A stretch of DNA of 64,000 bases from Bythopirellula sp. (GTDB taxonomy: Bacteria > Planctomycetota > Planctomycetia > Pirellulales > Lacipirellulaceae). Position 1 is the first letter of the stretch, and the number at the start of each line of letters is the position of its first letter. The stretch is from the NCBI GenBank assembly GCA_965216565.1, contig OZ244170.1, positions 1,280,001 through 1,344,000 of the forward strand. Direction: 5' to 3'. The notes under the pieces are model-generated. The model did no database searches. It was not told where the DNA came from and saw only the letters and a list, made by a program, of their open reading frames with translations. Below, one piece after another: positions 36,919 through 45,956 of this stretch. The position numbers were made by a program, and so were the translations under genes.

Positions 36919-37293
36919 ATGGATGAGAAGAGCAAGCCACTGCAATTGATGATTGCCGATGACGATCCACTTTTTCGTCGTGGTGTACGCCAGCTTGTCG
37001 GTCATCTGGACAATCTGTCGCTTTCCGCGGAGGCCGAAGATGGGGTCGAGGCTGTTGAAAAAGCCATCAAACACTCGCCCGACGTGGTGCTTATCGACTA
37101 CCAAATGCCCAGGATGGATGGTGCAGCGGCTGCTCAAGAAATCCTTAAGGCTCGCCCAGAAACAAGGCTAATTGCAATTTCTGCATATTTGGATAAGCAA
37201 TCTGCGGCGGCAATGATCGATGCGGGCGTGATGGCCCTTTTCGCAAAGAATGAGGGGCCATCGAAGTTGCTGGAACTATTGAAGACTCTCTGA
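36919..37293 (+). CDS. Stand-alone response regulator receiver
   Basis: IADDDP, VVLIDYQMPRMDG, ISA, K; no output domain. Confidence 0.85.
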   Translation: MDEKSKPLQLMIADDDPLFRRGVRQLVGHLDNLSLSAEAEDGVEAVEKAIKHSPDVVLIDYQMPRMDGAAAAQEILKARPETRLIAISAYLDKQSAAAMIDAGVMALFAKNEGPSKLLELLKTL

Positions 37294-37330
37294 ACCGTTT
37301 TGCGAAGCTTGACTCTGATTCTTAGCTCGT

Positions 37331-38023
37331 TCAGCAGCTCTTGTCTTCGCTGTCTTGCACCCAGAGGGCTGCGAGGCGAATCAACTCGTTTAGATTGGAT
37401 ATGGCCAATTTCTTTTTAATTCGGTCTCGATGAGTCTCGATGGTCTTGCTACTCAAATGCAGATCTTCGGCAATCTGATTCGTGGTACGACCCAACCCAA
37501 TCGCTTCAAAGACTTGAAGTTCTCGATTGCTAAGCAACTCTACGGAGACAACATCTGCATTTTCACCGTTACCGGAGTGTGTTCCCGAATGAAGTAAAGA
37601 CTCGCGCCCCAGCTTCTGCTTGAGAAGAAGCTGATTCATTTCTGGGCTAAGAAAAACATCACCGGCAAGGACAGACCTGACGGCCGTGATTGTCATCTGG
37701 GGGTCTTCATCTTTGCTGACGAAACCAGAAGCGCCCGCATTAATTGCTCGTTCTGCATAAACACGTTCGTCACGGCTGCTAAGTACAAGGATTCTCTGAT
37801 CGGGATAGGCAGCGGCAAATTCATCGATAAGCTCGAGCCCCGATCCTTGCTGGAGGGATAAATCAACAATGATCAAATCCACCGGTTCTTTTTGGAGCGA
37901 TTGTCTCGCCGCATCCACAGATGCGGCGACTCCGACAACACGCAGATCCCCTTCTCGTTCGAGCAGCTCGGTCAATCCTCGCTGAAACAAAGGGTGATCT
38001 TCGACTAGAAAGACATTGATCAT
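37331..38023 (-). CDS. NarL/FixJ-family response regulator (receiver + LuxR HTH)
   Basis: VEDHP, IVDLSL, LSNRELQV...KTIETHR. Confidence 0.92.
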   Translation of the reverse strand: MINVFLVEDHPLFQRGLTELLEREGDLRVVGVAASVDAARQSLQKEPVDLIIVDLSLQQGSGLELIDEFAAAYPDQRILVLSSRDERVYAERAINAGASGFVSKDEDPQMTITAVRSVLAGDVFLSPEMNQLLLKQKLGRESLLHSGTHSGNGENADVVSVELLSNRELQVFEAIGLGRTTNQIAEDLHLSSKTIETHRDRIKKKLAISNLNELIRLAALWVQDSEDKSC

Positions 38024-38089
38024 GCTTTAAAAATATGAACGTTTTGGCACTTGGCAGAGTGGTGAGATGTCTATAGTTGCTGTAGAGAT

Positions 38090-38104
38090 TAGGGAATTTT
38101 CCTA
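38090..38104. promoter_or_regulatory. Palindrome TAGG-N7-CCTA between divergent regulators
   Basis: TAGGGAATTTTCCTA in the intergenic region; resembles LuxR/NarL-type operators. Confidence 0.35.
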
Positions 38105-38208
38105 CATCATTTTCAGACATCGCCCGACTACATTCAAGCCGCCAGGCGGGTAATAATTTGCAGTAAATATTCGGAAACACTCTCGTGGATAGCTAAAGGG
38201 GACATAAA

Positions 38209-39222
38209 GTGCATAGTGGGGATACAAGTATAACGGCAGTAGTACCCCTGCAATTTCAGGGACAGATTGAACCGATAACTTCTAATACAGAGAGATTTCC
38301 CTGGCTAATCGGCAAGTCGAGCAGCTTTACACAAGTGGTGCAACAAGCAAAGCGGGCAGCCGAATCTGATTGCCATGTGCTTATCACGGGCGAGACCGGG
38401 ACGGGAAAAGAACTCATCGCCCGAGCCATCCATGAGACAAGCCAGCGATCGGGTGAACTTGTGGCCGTGAACGTGGCCGCCGTTCCCGAAGGGTTGGTCG
38501 AAAGCGAGTTGTTCGGACACGCTCGTGGGGCATTTACTGGTGCCTCCACTGCCCGCGATGGTTGCTTTATATCCGCTGAGGCGGGCACGCTGCTGCTAGA
38601 CGAGGTGGGAGACCTCGATTTGCCCTCTCAGACAAAACTGCTCCGTGTGCTCGAGGAACAGCGAGTTCGACCTGTGGGCAAAGACGAGTTGACTCGAACC
38701 AACGCTCGCGTTCTCGCGGCAACTAGTCGCAACCTGGAAAAACTTGTTCAGGAAGGCAAGTTCCGACAGGATCTATTCTATCGCCTCAATGTATTGAGGA
38801 TTCATGTGCCTGCCTTGCGAGAACGTCCCGACGACATTCCTCTGCTGGTGGACTTCTTCGTCAAAGATGCCGCAAACCGACACTGCAAAGGAAAACTGAG
38901 AGTCGAAGCGTCTTTGATGGAATGGCTGAAAGTTCATCAGTGGCCTGGTAACGTCAGGCAACTGCGGAATATCGTGGAGAGTCTTGTTGTTCTGTGCGAT
39001 AGCGATCTGCTAAAAATCCAGGATCTTCCTGAGGTCCCTGAACAAGACCAATCAGCAGATGAAGTTGCCTGGGAGGAAGGGACCTTGCGAGAAATCGAAA
39101 ACCGATTAATCCGCCAAAGATTAAAACGCTTCGATGGAAATAAGCGACTTGCAGCTCAATCTCTAGATATTTCAGTAAGAACTATCCAACGCCGTATCGC
39201 AGATGTAAATCTAATCGGGTAA
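38209..39222 (+). CDS. sigma54-dependent enhancer-binding protein lacking N-terminal regulatory domain
   Basis: GETGTGKE, ESELFGH, GAFTGA, LLDEVG, DLFYRL, WPGNVRQL and a Fis HTH; only about 30 aa precede the AAA+ domain. Confidence 0.92.
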   Translation: MHSGDTSITAVVPLQFQGQIEPITSNTERFPWLIGKSSSFTQVVQQAKRAAESDCHVLITGETGTGKELIARAIHETSQRSGELVAVNVAAVPEGLVESELFGHARGAFTGASTARDGCFISAEAGTLLLDEVGDLDLPSQTKLLRVLEEQRVRPVGKDELTRTNARVLAATSRNLEKLVQEGKFRQDLFYRLNVLRIHVPALRERPDDIPLLVDFFVKDAANRHCKGKLRVEASLMEWLKVHQWPGNVRQLRNIVESLVVLCDSDLLKIQDLPEVPEQDQSADEVAWEEGTLREIENRLIRQRLKRFDGNKRLAAQSLDISVRTIQRRIADVNLIG

Positions 39223-39288
39223 ACTTAGCGGATATTGAACACCCACGATTCTGCACTTCCAGGTGCTCACACTCCCGGAGCACACTCT

Positions 39289-40365
39289 ATGACCACTTTC
39301 AAAGTCGATCCCTGGTTCTCTCATCTTGCCGGCTTAGGGTCTACAGGAGTCATGATGTTTGACCCAGATGGGGTCATTCAGTTTGTTAGTGGCCCTGCTC
39401 GAAAGATCTTGCACGTAGATGTCGAAGATCATGTCGAGGACTGTATTGAACCTCTTGCAGATGAATTAGAAGAAATTGTTACGCAATGTGGTTGCTGCGA
39501 AGAGGGGGATGGCCTTGATGAATTATCCAGAATCGTGGAGATCTCCGCACCCGTCGATCCAAAGCAGGTACGCATCAATGCCACGAAGATCGAGCTAGAA
39601 GACTGTCAGGGCACTCTGATATTGATTCAGGACCTGAGTATCGAAAGTCAAATGCAGCGTGATTTGCTTTTGGCTTCTCGATTTCGGAATGTTGGGCAAC
39701 TATACCAATCCATGGCCCACGACCTTCGGAATCCCGTTGGCCTCATTCGCATTTACGCCGACTTGCTGCAGGGGACTTTCGACCTGTTACCAAATTCAGA
39801 GTCGACCACGGTCTCGAAGCAGCGCGAGCATCTGGATGTTATCGTCGACGCGATCAAGACAATGGACCAGTCTTTAGACCTCTTGTTCGATGAGTTAGTC
39901 GTCTCTGAAAACGATTCTGGCGTCATCGACGTACGATCCGCTGTGGCCGCAGTCATTCGACTAGCCGAAGCTCAGGCAAAGCGTCAGAAAGTAACAGTCG
40001 TTGCTAGTCTGCCTGGTGATACAGTTCACTTGCATGGAAACGAATCACAGTTCCGCCTGGCCTTACTCAATATTGCCAATAATGCACTTCAAGCTATGCC
40101 TGATGGTGGCGAACTGAGAATTACCTTAGAACTGCTACCTGACAAGACCGAGATTAGCTTTGCTGACAACGGTAAAGGGATTTGCAAAGATCTGCTGAAT
40201 CGGGTTTTTGATAAGTACTACAGCACCAAGCGGTCCGGCACCGGGATTGGGCTTCACATTGCCCGGGAAACGATTGAAGAGCTAGGGGGTGCAATTGGAG
40301 TGGAGAGTCTAGCCGGTGAAGGATCTAATTTTAGTATCACCCTACCAAGGTATGATCGTGAGTAG
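39289..40365 (+). CDS. Cytoplasmic PAS-like sensor histidine kinase
   Basis: AHDLRNP H-box, N-box, DNGKG and GTGIGL G-boxes; no TM. Start 39235 or 39289. Confidence 0.9.
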   Translation: MTTFKVDPWFSHLAGLGSTGVMMFDPDGVIQFVSGPARKILHVDVEDHVEDCIEPLADELEEIVTQCGCCEEGDGLDELSRIVEISAPVDPKQVRINATKIELEDCQGTLILIQDLSIESQMQRDLLLASRFRNVGQLYQSMAHDLRNPVGLIRIYADLLQGTFDLLPNSESTTVSKQREHLDVIVDAIKTMDQSLDLLFDELVVSENDSGVIDVRSAVAAVIRLAEAQAKRQKVTVVASLPGDTVHLHGNESQFRLALLNIANNALQAMPDGGELRITLELLPDKTEISFADNGKGICKDLLNRVFDKYYSTKRSGTGIGLHIARETIEELGGAIGVESLAGEGSNFSITLPRYDRE

Positions 40366-40449
40366 TTTCTCAGTTCTCATTTCATGCCTCAACCTACCAC
40401 ATTAGCCGCTAGTCTATTGGTGAGATAGAAAGCGCCTCAGACAATATCT

Positions 40450-41847
40450 ATGAACGACTCTGTTGGCACGATTGCCAGATCACTAGTGACCGCCGTCCTG
40501 TCGGTTTTTCTGCTGTCCGCTGTATCTTATGGCCAACCGTCCGATGAACCTGAGGGAGCGACTGAAGAAACAGTACCCGAAGTAACTCAAAACGTCGAGG
40601 TAGAGCCACTGGCGGAAGACTCGGATATTGCTACACGCCTTACTCGAATCCTTGAAGCAACCGAGTGGTTCGTTGCACCGGAAGTGGAAGTTGATGAGGG
40701 CGTCGTTTTTCTAAGAGGAAAGGTAGATAGCGAACCTCACCGGGAGTGGGCTGGCAACTTGGCCGGTAAGACGCAAGACGTGGTCGCCGTTGTCAATCGC
40801 ATCGAAATCATCGAGAAATCGATATGGGATATGTCGCCGGCGTGGAACGAAATCAAAGAACTTGGAAAACAATCCGTACGCAATGCACCTCTATTTGCAG
40901 TTGGCATCTTGCTCATGGCAGCAACCTGGATGGCAACTCGCTGGGCAGTGAAGGCCGCTCGTTCTATTTTCAGCAGCCAATTCAAGAGCCAGCTTCTGCG
41001 AGATGTCGCTGCCCGTGCAATCGCCATACCAGTCTTCTTAATGGGCCTCTACTTGATACTGAAGGTATCCGGGCTAACTCAACTAGCAATGACCGTGATC
41101 GGGGGCACGGGATTGATTGGTCTGGTGATTGGTTTTGCATTTCGCGACATCGCAGAGAACTTTCTTGCCAGCATCTTGATAAGTATTCAGCATCCGTTTG
41201 CTCGTGGAGACAGGATTAGAGTCGCAGAATACGAAGGCTTTGTCCAAAGCGTCAATACACGGTCTACCCTGCTGATGACTCTGGAGGGGAATCACGTCCA
41301 GATCCCAAATTCCAAGATCTACAAAGAAACCATCACCAATTATACAGCGAATCCAAATGCGAGACTCGGCTTTACAATTGGAATCGGATACGAGGACTCT
41401 ATAGCACAAGCCCAGAGCATCGCGCTGGAAGTGCTGCGAGAGCATCCTGCCGTTGTCGATGATCCTGAGTCCTTAGTCTTGGTCGATGCATTGGGCGCCG
41501 CCACTGTGAATTTGCGCGTCTATTTTTGGGCAAACACTACCGAATTCAGCGACATTAAAGTCCGCTCAGCTGTGATTCGCCAGATCAAGAGCGCTTTTGA
41601 AGAACAAGGGATCTCTATGCCAGACGAAGCGCGGGAAGTGGTGTTCCCTTCCGGCGTACCTGTGCGAATGCTTTCAGATGAATCGGAGCAGCAGGCAGTT
41701 GCCAAGCAATCACGATCGGATTCTAGTCGGTCCGAAACGACAGTTCATAGCGCCGAAGGCGACCTGAAGAGCGAGTCGCATGAAATTAGCAAACAAGCCC
41801 AAAAAGCCCGCTCTCCTGAGGCCGGCGAAGATCTTCTTAAGGGTTAA
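40450..41847 (+). CDS. BON-domain mechanosensitive channel (MscS family)
   Basis: Signal peptide, BON (VDEGVVFLRG...VVNRI), GFAFRDIAENF, IPNS. Confidence 0.9.
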   Translation: MNDSVGTIARSLVTAVLSVFLLSAVSYGQPSDEPEGATEETVPEVTQNVEVEPLAEDSDIATRLTRILEATEWFVAPEVEVDEGVVFLRGKVDSEPHREWAGNLAGKTQDVVAVVNRIEIIEKSIWDMSPAWNEIKELGKQSVRNAPLFAVGILLMAATWMATRWAVKAARSIFSSQFKSQLLRDVAARAIAIPVFLMGLYLILKVSGLTQLAMTVIGGTGLIGLVIGFAFRDIAENFLASILISIQHPFARGDRIRVAEYEGFVQSVNTRSTLLMTLEGNHVQIPNSKIYKETITNYTANPNARLGFTIGIGYEDSIAQAQSIALEVLREHPAVVDDPESLVLVDALGAATVNLRVYFWANTTEFSDIKVRSAVIRQIKSAFEEQGISMPDEAREVVFPSGVPVRMLSDESEQQAVAKQSRSDSSRSETTVHSAEGDLKSESHEISKQAQKARSPEAGEDLLKG

Positions 41848-41880
41848 CTTGCAAGCACAGTTGTGACCATTGAAGGGTAG

Positions 41881-42261
41881 ACGAATCTGGTCCACGGCTG
41901 CGACATTCAGTATGACCCCGAAATTGATAATGTATTCGAAAAAGCGGGTGTCGCGATCGAATGAACTGCGCCACGCACTCCGAACCCGAATGCATTTATC
42001 GAGTAAAGGATAAGTTCACTGAAGCGAGTGTGCCTCAACCGGTCTATTTGTTTCGGTGGTGAGCATATTGACCACATCGCTTCCGAGTATGGTGACTTTA
42101 CAATGGGAGTGAGGCCCCGTCAGCGCATGAATAATCGGCCACTACGAGTGAGCAGCAGTATAGGTCGACTGCGCGGCTGGCGACGCAAATCGTCGGCTGA
42201 TCTTCTTGATTGCGCAGACAGCGTTGCACTCAGAGATGAGATTCTCCTAAGCGGGTTGTGA
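41881..42261 (+). pseudogene. Decayed integrase-core (rve-type) transposase
   Basis: LVHGCD..Y...D..F...GV.IE*TAPRTPNPNAFIE*RISSLKRVCLN..ICFG..H...RPRQ...N matches the HDRD..PNxNAxxER..SxKxECL..RPHQ pattern. In-frame stops at 41962 and 42004. Confidence 0.8.
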
Positions 42262-42563
42262 GATCTATAACTGGATGGCGAATTGTCAACTCTAGATGTA
42301 GGTTATTCAATCTTGTCGCTTAAGACTGCTCACAAGAGCCTTTTAGCGAGCTGCTATTTAGTCTATTGAAGAATACCTGTTTGTAGTGAAAATGAGATGG
42401 CTGATTCACATGCCATTGAAACTTTAATATGTCTCATGGTATTGAAGATGTGGCAGCCGTATATGATGACTACAATTGCGATCCTGGACACTGGGAATAG
42501 ATTACACATAAGGTATCACTCTTTCACAGTGAACGGCAAAACTCTTTTCTCGCGAGACCCACA

Positions 42564-45500
42564 GTGAATCTAAAATGGTTTCTCACAACAACTATTCTTG
42601 TGATGGTTGTCATAGGTTGTGAAGGAAATGCTCTCCAGGACGATGTGGAGGTTGCGGGAGAGATGGCCGTCCCTTCTGCGATCGATGCCGACGTTATTCC
42701 ACTTCATAACCGCGTGATTGGACAGATGGGACAGTTCAATTACGATGCCGCCGTGGCGGGCTATCGGCGGCTCGTCGATGCGTTTCCGCAAGCTGATCAA
42801 TTCAAAGTCGACTTGGCAATTGCCCTGCTCAACCGTCGACAGGAAAAGGACCTTTCAGAATCTGGGGAGCTACTCGCCAGCATCTTTGACTCCTCGCCTG
42901 AAGTCTTGCGTGCCAAGTATTGTCAGGCGTTGCTGCTTTTTCACGAAGGAAAAACTAAGGAGGCGAACCAGCTCTTTCGCAGCGTAGCGGAGGCTGATGA
43001 GGAAGATAGTTATGCTGTGTTCTACGTCGGGCAGACTGAGTTCTTATTAGCGAACTTTGAAACGGCCCTCGCGCAATTCGAGGAAGCGGCTCAGATTGAT
43101 CCATACTTGCGGAGTGCCTATTACGGCGCATTTCAGGCTGCCCAGCGATTGAAGCAACGGGATAAAGCGCGGGAGTACTTGAAGCTCTTTCAAAAGCTCG
43201 ATACGAACCCGCGGGCTCGCCTCGCGGAACTCAAATACACTCGGATGGGCCCCAAGGCAGAGGTCAGTCGACCCCGATCGGAAACGCCCCCTCCTGGGAG
43301 ACCGAAAGGTTCCATATTCGCTGCCCCTGCGCCCCTGGAGATTGAGAATTTCAGCGCGACTGACTGGGCCGGCAATGATGCATCGATACCGAGCATCACG
43401 ATTGCGGATTTGAACAGTGATGGGCACAGTGACCTTTTTATTCCCAGAATAGCCGCTACTGAAGAACAGGCATCCACCAATCTAGTATTGCTGGGCTCTG
43501 AGGATGGGTTTCGCCGAGACGTAGATTCACCGCTTGCGAATGTTGGACAGGTGAATACAGCACTTTGGGGAGACTACGATGACGATGGCCTGACTGACGC
43601 TTACCTCTGTCGGAATGGACCGAACCAATTGTGGCGTCAGGATCCCGCGGGGGAATGGCAAAATCTCACCGAAGTGACAAGGATATCGGCCGGTGATAAC
43701 AAAACAATTGATGGAGCCTGTTACGATGCCGATCACGATGGCGATCTAGATTACCTTCTGGTCAACTCCGACGCACCTTTTGAGCTATTGAATAACAACC
43801 GAGACGGCACATTCCGCGCTGTGGCAGATGAGATGGGGATTGAGGGCGACCGTCAGGGGACTCGTTTGATCGTGGCTGATGTGGACAGAGATGACGATGC
43901 GGACCTGATCCTCGTTAACGAGAAACCCCCTCACCAAGTGTATCTGAATGATCGCCTCTGGAGGTATCACCCCGCCTCCGGCTTCGAACAACTGAAAGGG
44001 ACGCCAATTGAGGCGGCCTTGGCTGTTGATGCCGATGTGGATGGGCAGGTGGAAATTTACTCATTCGGGGAAAAAGGTCTGCAACGTTGGCAGCCCGATG
44101 AAGAAGATCAGTGGCAGGCTGAGCAACTAGGGACACAAAAGGGCGAGAAGAATGCTGGCTCAGCCACATTACTAATGCAAGACTTCGACGGCGATACAGA
44201 GCTGGAAATCGCTTTGCAAGTCGGCTCTGGGATTCAGTTGCTTGACCTGGAGGGAAAAGAACTTGAGAGTCTACAGCACAAAAATCTCGTGGGCCCGGTT
44301 GCGGCTCGCGCACAATTGAATGGCCCGGATTTGATTGCATTCAGTTCTCAGGGGCCTCCCTTGCATTGGGCGGCGGGTGAGGGTCGTTTCGATTTTGCAT
44401 TGCTCAGTCTGTCTGGGAAAACCGATAAAGCAGCCGAGATGCGCTCCAACGCGTCAGGAATTGGAGTGCGAGGTGCTGCGCGGATTGGCTCGCGCTGGTC
44501 GCCGGTCTCTCCTTGGCGGCTCCATTCTGGGCCCGGCCAAAGCCTGCAGCCCCTCGCTATCGGATTGGCTGGTGCAGATGAGATCGATTATCTCCAACTT
44601 GTCTGGCCAGATAGTGTTTCTCAAACCGAAACCAATCTCGCTGCGGGACAGATGCATCGGATCGCAGAAACGCAACGTCAGGCAGGTAGTTGCCCTTTAG
44701 TTTTTGTTTGGGATGGCGAGCAATTCCGGTTCGTAGCCGATATCCTTGGAGCGGGTGGGATTGGATTCAATCTTGGTCGAGGTGAATACTACCCTCCGCG
44801 ACCAACGGAGTCACTCATGTTGTCTGCCGACAGTATTCACCCAAGAGATGGCAGGATCGTCATCAAGCTCGGCGAACCGATGGAGGAGATTTGCTACTTC
44901 GATGGAGTTGGCTTGTCAGCGGTCGATTTGCCTGAGGAATACCAAATAGTCCTCGACGAAAGATTTGGGGGGACTGATCCTCAACCCACGGGTGCGTCGG
45001 TAATCTACCGCTCCGAGTTCCTGCCCATCCACGCAACCAATAATCGCGGCGAAGACATCACCACCACATTGGCCAGTGTAGATCGCGTGGCTGCTCCGCT
45101 GAGACGAACCGATCGGCGTTTTATTGGGCTGACGGATCCCCATGCGATCACCCTAACATTCGCCCAACCGCTCAGCGAGTTGGAAAACCCGGTACTTATT
45201 TTCGATGGCTGGGTGGAATATGCGTATTCGCAAACTGCCTTTGCTGCTTGGCAAGCAGGGTTGGAATACCTGGAGCCAACGATTGAAGCCAGGGATGAAA
45301 ATGGCCAATGGCAAATGGTACTGGAAAGGTTTGGCTATATGGCGGGAACCCCTCGACGTTCCAGTGTGCCGATTCCCAAACACAAACTACCCAAGGGTGC
45401 CACAGAGCTTCGCATAAGCAGCAATATGCAGATTTATTGGGATCGCATTTCCGTTGTCGAGTCAATTCACGACTACCAAGTCAACCTCCGAGAACTTCAA

Positions 45501-45926
45501 TTGGAAACGGCAGTAGTTCAGGATGTGGGATTCTCGCAAAGAACACTCTTTGATCAGCGGTATTCCGTCTACAGCTATCAAGATCGGCCTCCTTTCGGAG
45601 ACGCTCGCCATCCACGCGGATTCTACACCTCGTTGGGCGAAGCAAGAGAGCTGGTAAGATCGACAGACGATGCGGTTGCAATTATCGGCCCAGGGGAGGA
45701 GGTGCACTTGGAGTTTGCTCAGGCGAGCAAGAACGTGCCAGACGGTCATCGTCGCTTCTACATTTTGCAGGTCGATGGTTGGTGTAAAGATTCTGATTCG
45801 TTCACCAAAGACTCTCGCAGCGTTGAGCCTCTGCCTACACGCGGTATTCCCCTCTCTGAGGAAGAGCAGGCCCATCGCAATAAGCTACATTCTGAGTATA
45901 ATACGAGATATCGTTCCGGCTGGTAA
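42564..45926 (+). CDS. TPR + FG-GAP/VCBS repeat + ASPIC/UnbV-like lipoprotein (CRTAC1-like, extended C-terminus)
   Basis: Lipobox VIGC, TPRs, repeated DxDxDGxxD motifs, SNASGIG..WPD, GSCP C-terminal domain. Confidence 0.88.
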   Translation: MNLKWFLTTTILVMVVIGCEGNALQDDVEVAGEMAVPSAIDADVIPLHNRVIGQMGQFNYDAAVAGYRRLVDAFPQADQFKVDLAIALLNRRQEKDLSESGELLASIFDSSPEVLRAKYCQALLLFHEGKTKEANQLFRSVAEADEEDSYAVFYVGQTEFLLANFETALAQFEEAAQIDPYLRSAYYGAFQAAQRLKQRDKAREYLKLFQKLDTNPRARLAELKYTRMGPKAEVSRPRSETPPPGRPKGSIFAAPAPLEIENFSATDWAGNDASIPSITIADLNSDGHSDLFIPRIAATEEQASTNLVLLGSEDGFRRDVDSPLANVGQVNTALWGDYDDDGLTDAYLCRNGPNQLWRQDPAGEWQNLTEVTRISAGDNKTIDGACYDADHDGDLDYLLVNSDAPFELLNNNRDGTFRAVADEMGIEGDRQGTRLIVADVDRDDDADLILVNEKPPHQVYLNDRLWRYHPASGFEQLKGTPIEAALAVDADVDGQVEIYSFGEKGLQRWQPDEEDQWQAEQLGTQKGEKNAGSATLLMQDFDGDTELEIALQVGSGIQLLDLEGKELESLQHKNLVGPVAARAQLNGPDLIAFSSQGPPLHWAAGEGRFDFALLSLSGKTDKAAEMRSNASGIGVRGAARIGSRWSPVSPWRLHSGPGQSLQPLAIGLAGADEIDYLQLVWPDSVSQTETNLAAGQMHRIAETQRQAGSCPLVFVWDGEQFRFVADILGAGGIGFNLGRGEYYPPRPTESLMLSADSIHPRDGRIVIKLGEPMEEICYFDGVGLSAVDLPEEYQIVLDERFGGTDPQPTGASVIYRSEFLPIHATNNRGEDITTTLASVDRVAAPLRRTDRRFIGLTDPHAITLTFAQPLSELENPVLIFDGWVEYAYSQTAFAAWQAGLEYLEPTIEARDENGQWQMVLERFGYMAGTPRRSSVPIPKHKLPKGATELRISSNMQIYWDRISVVESIHDYQVNLRELQLETAVVQDVGFSQRTLFDQRYSVYSYQDRPPFGDARHPRGFYTSLGEARELVRSTDDAVAIIGPGEEVHLEFAQASKNVPDGHRRFYILQVDGWCKDSDSFTKDSRSVEPLPTRGIPLSEEEQAHRNKLHSEYNTRYRSGW

Positions 45927-45956
45927 ACGAGTCTCATTGCATCGTCTTCTACTGTT

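Noticed and set aside
22534..42261. Active composite transposon
   Set aside because: The flanking fragments are of different types and heavily decayed, with no visible terminal inverted repeats or target duplication.
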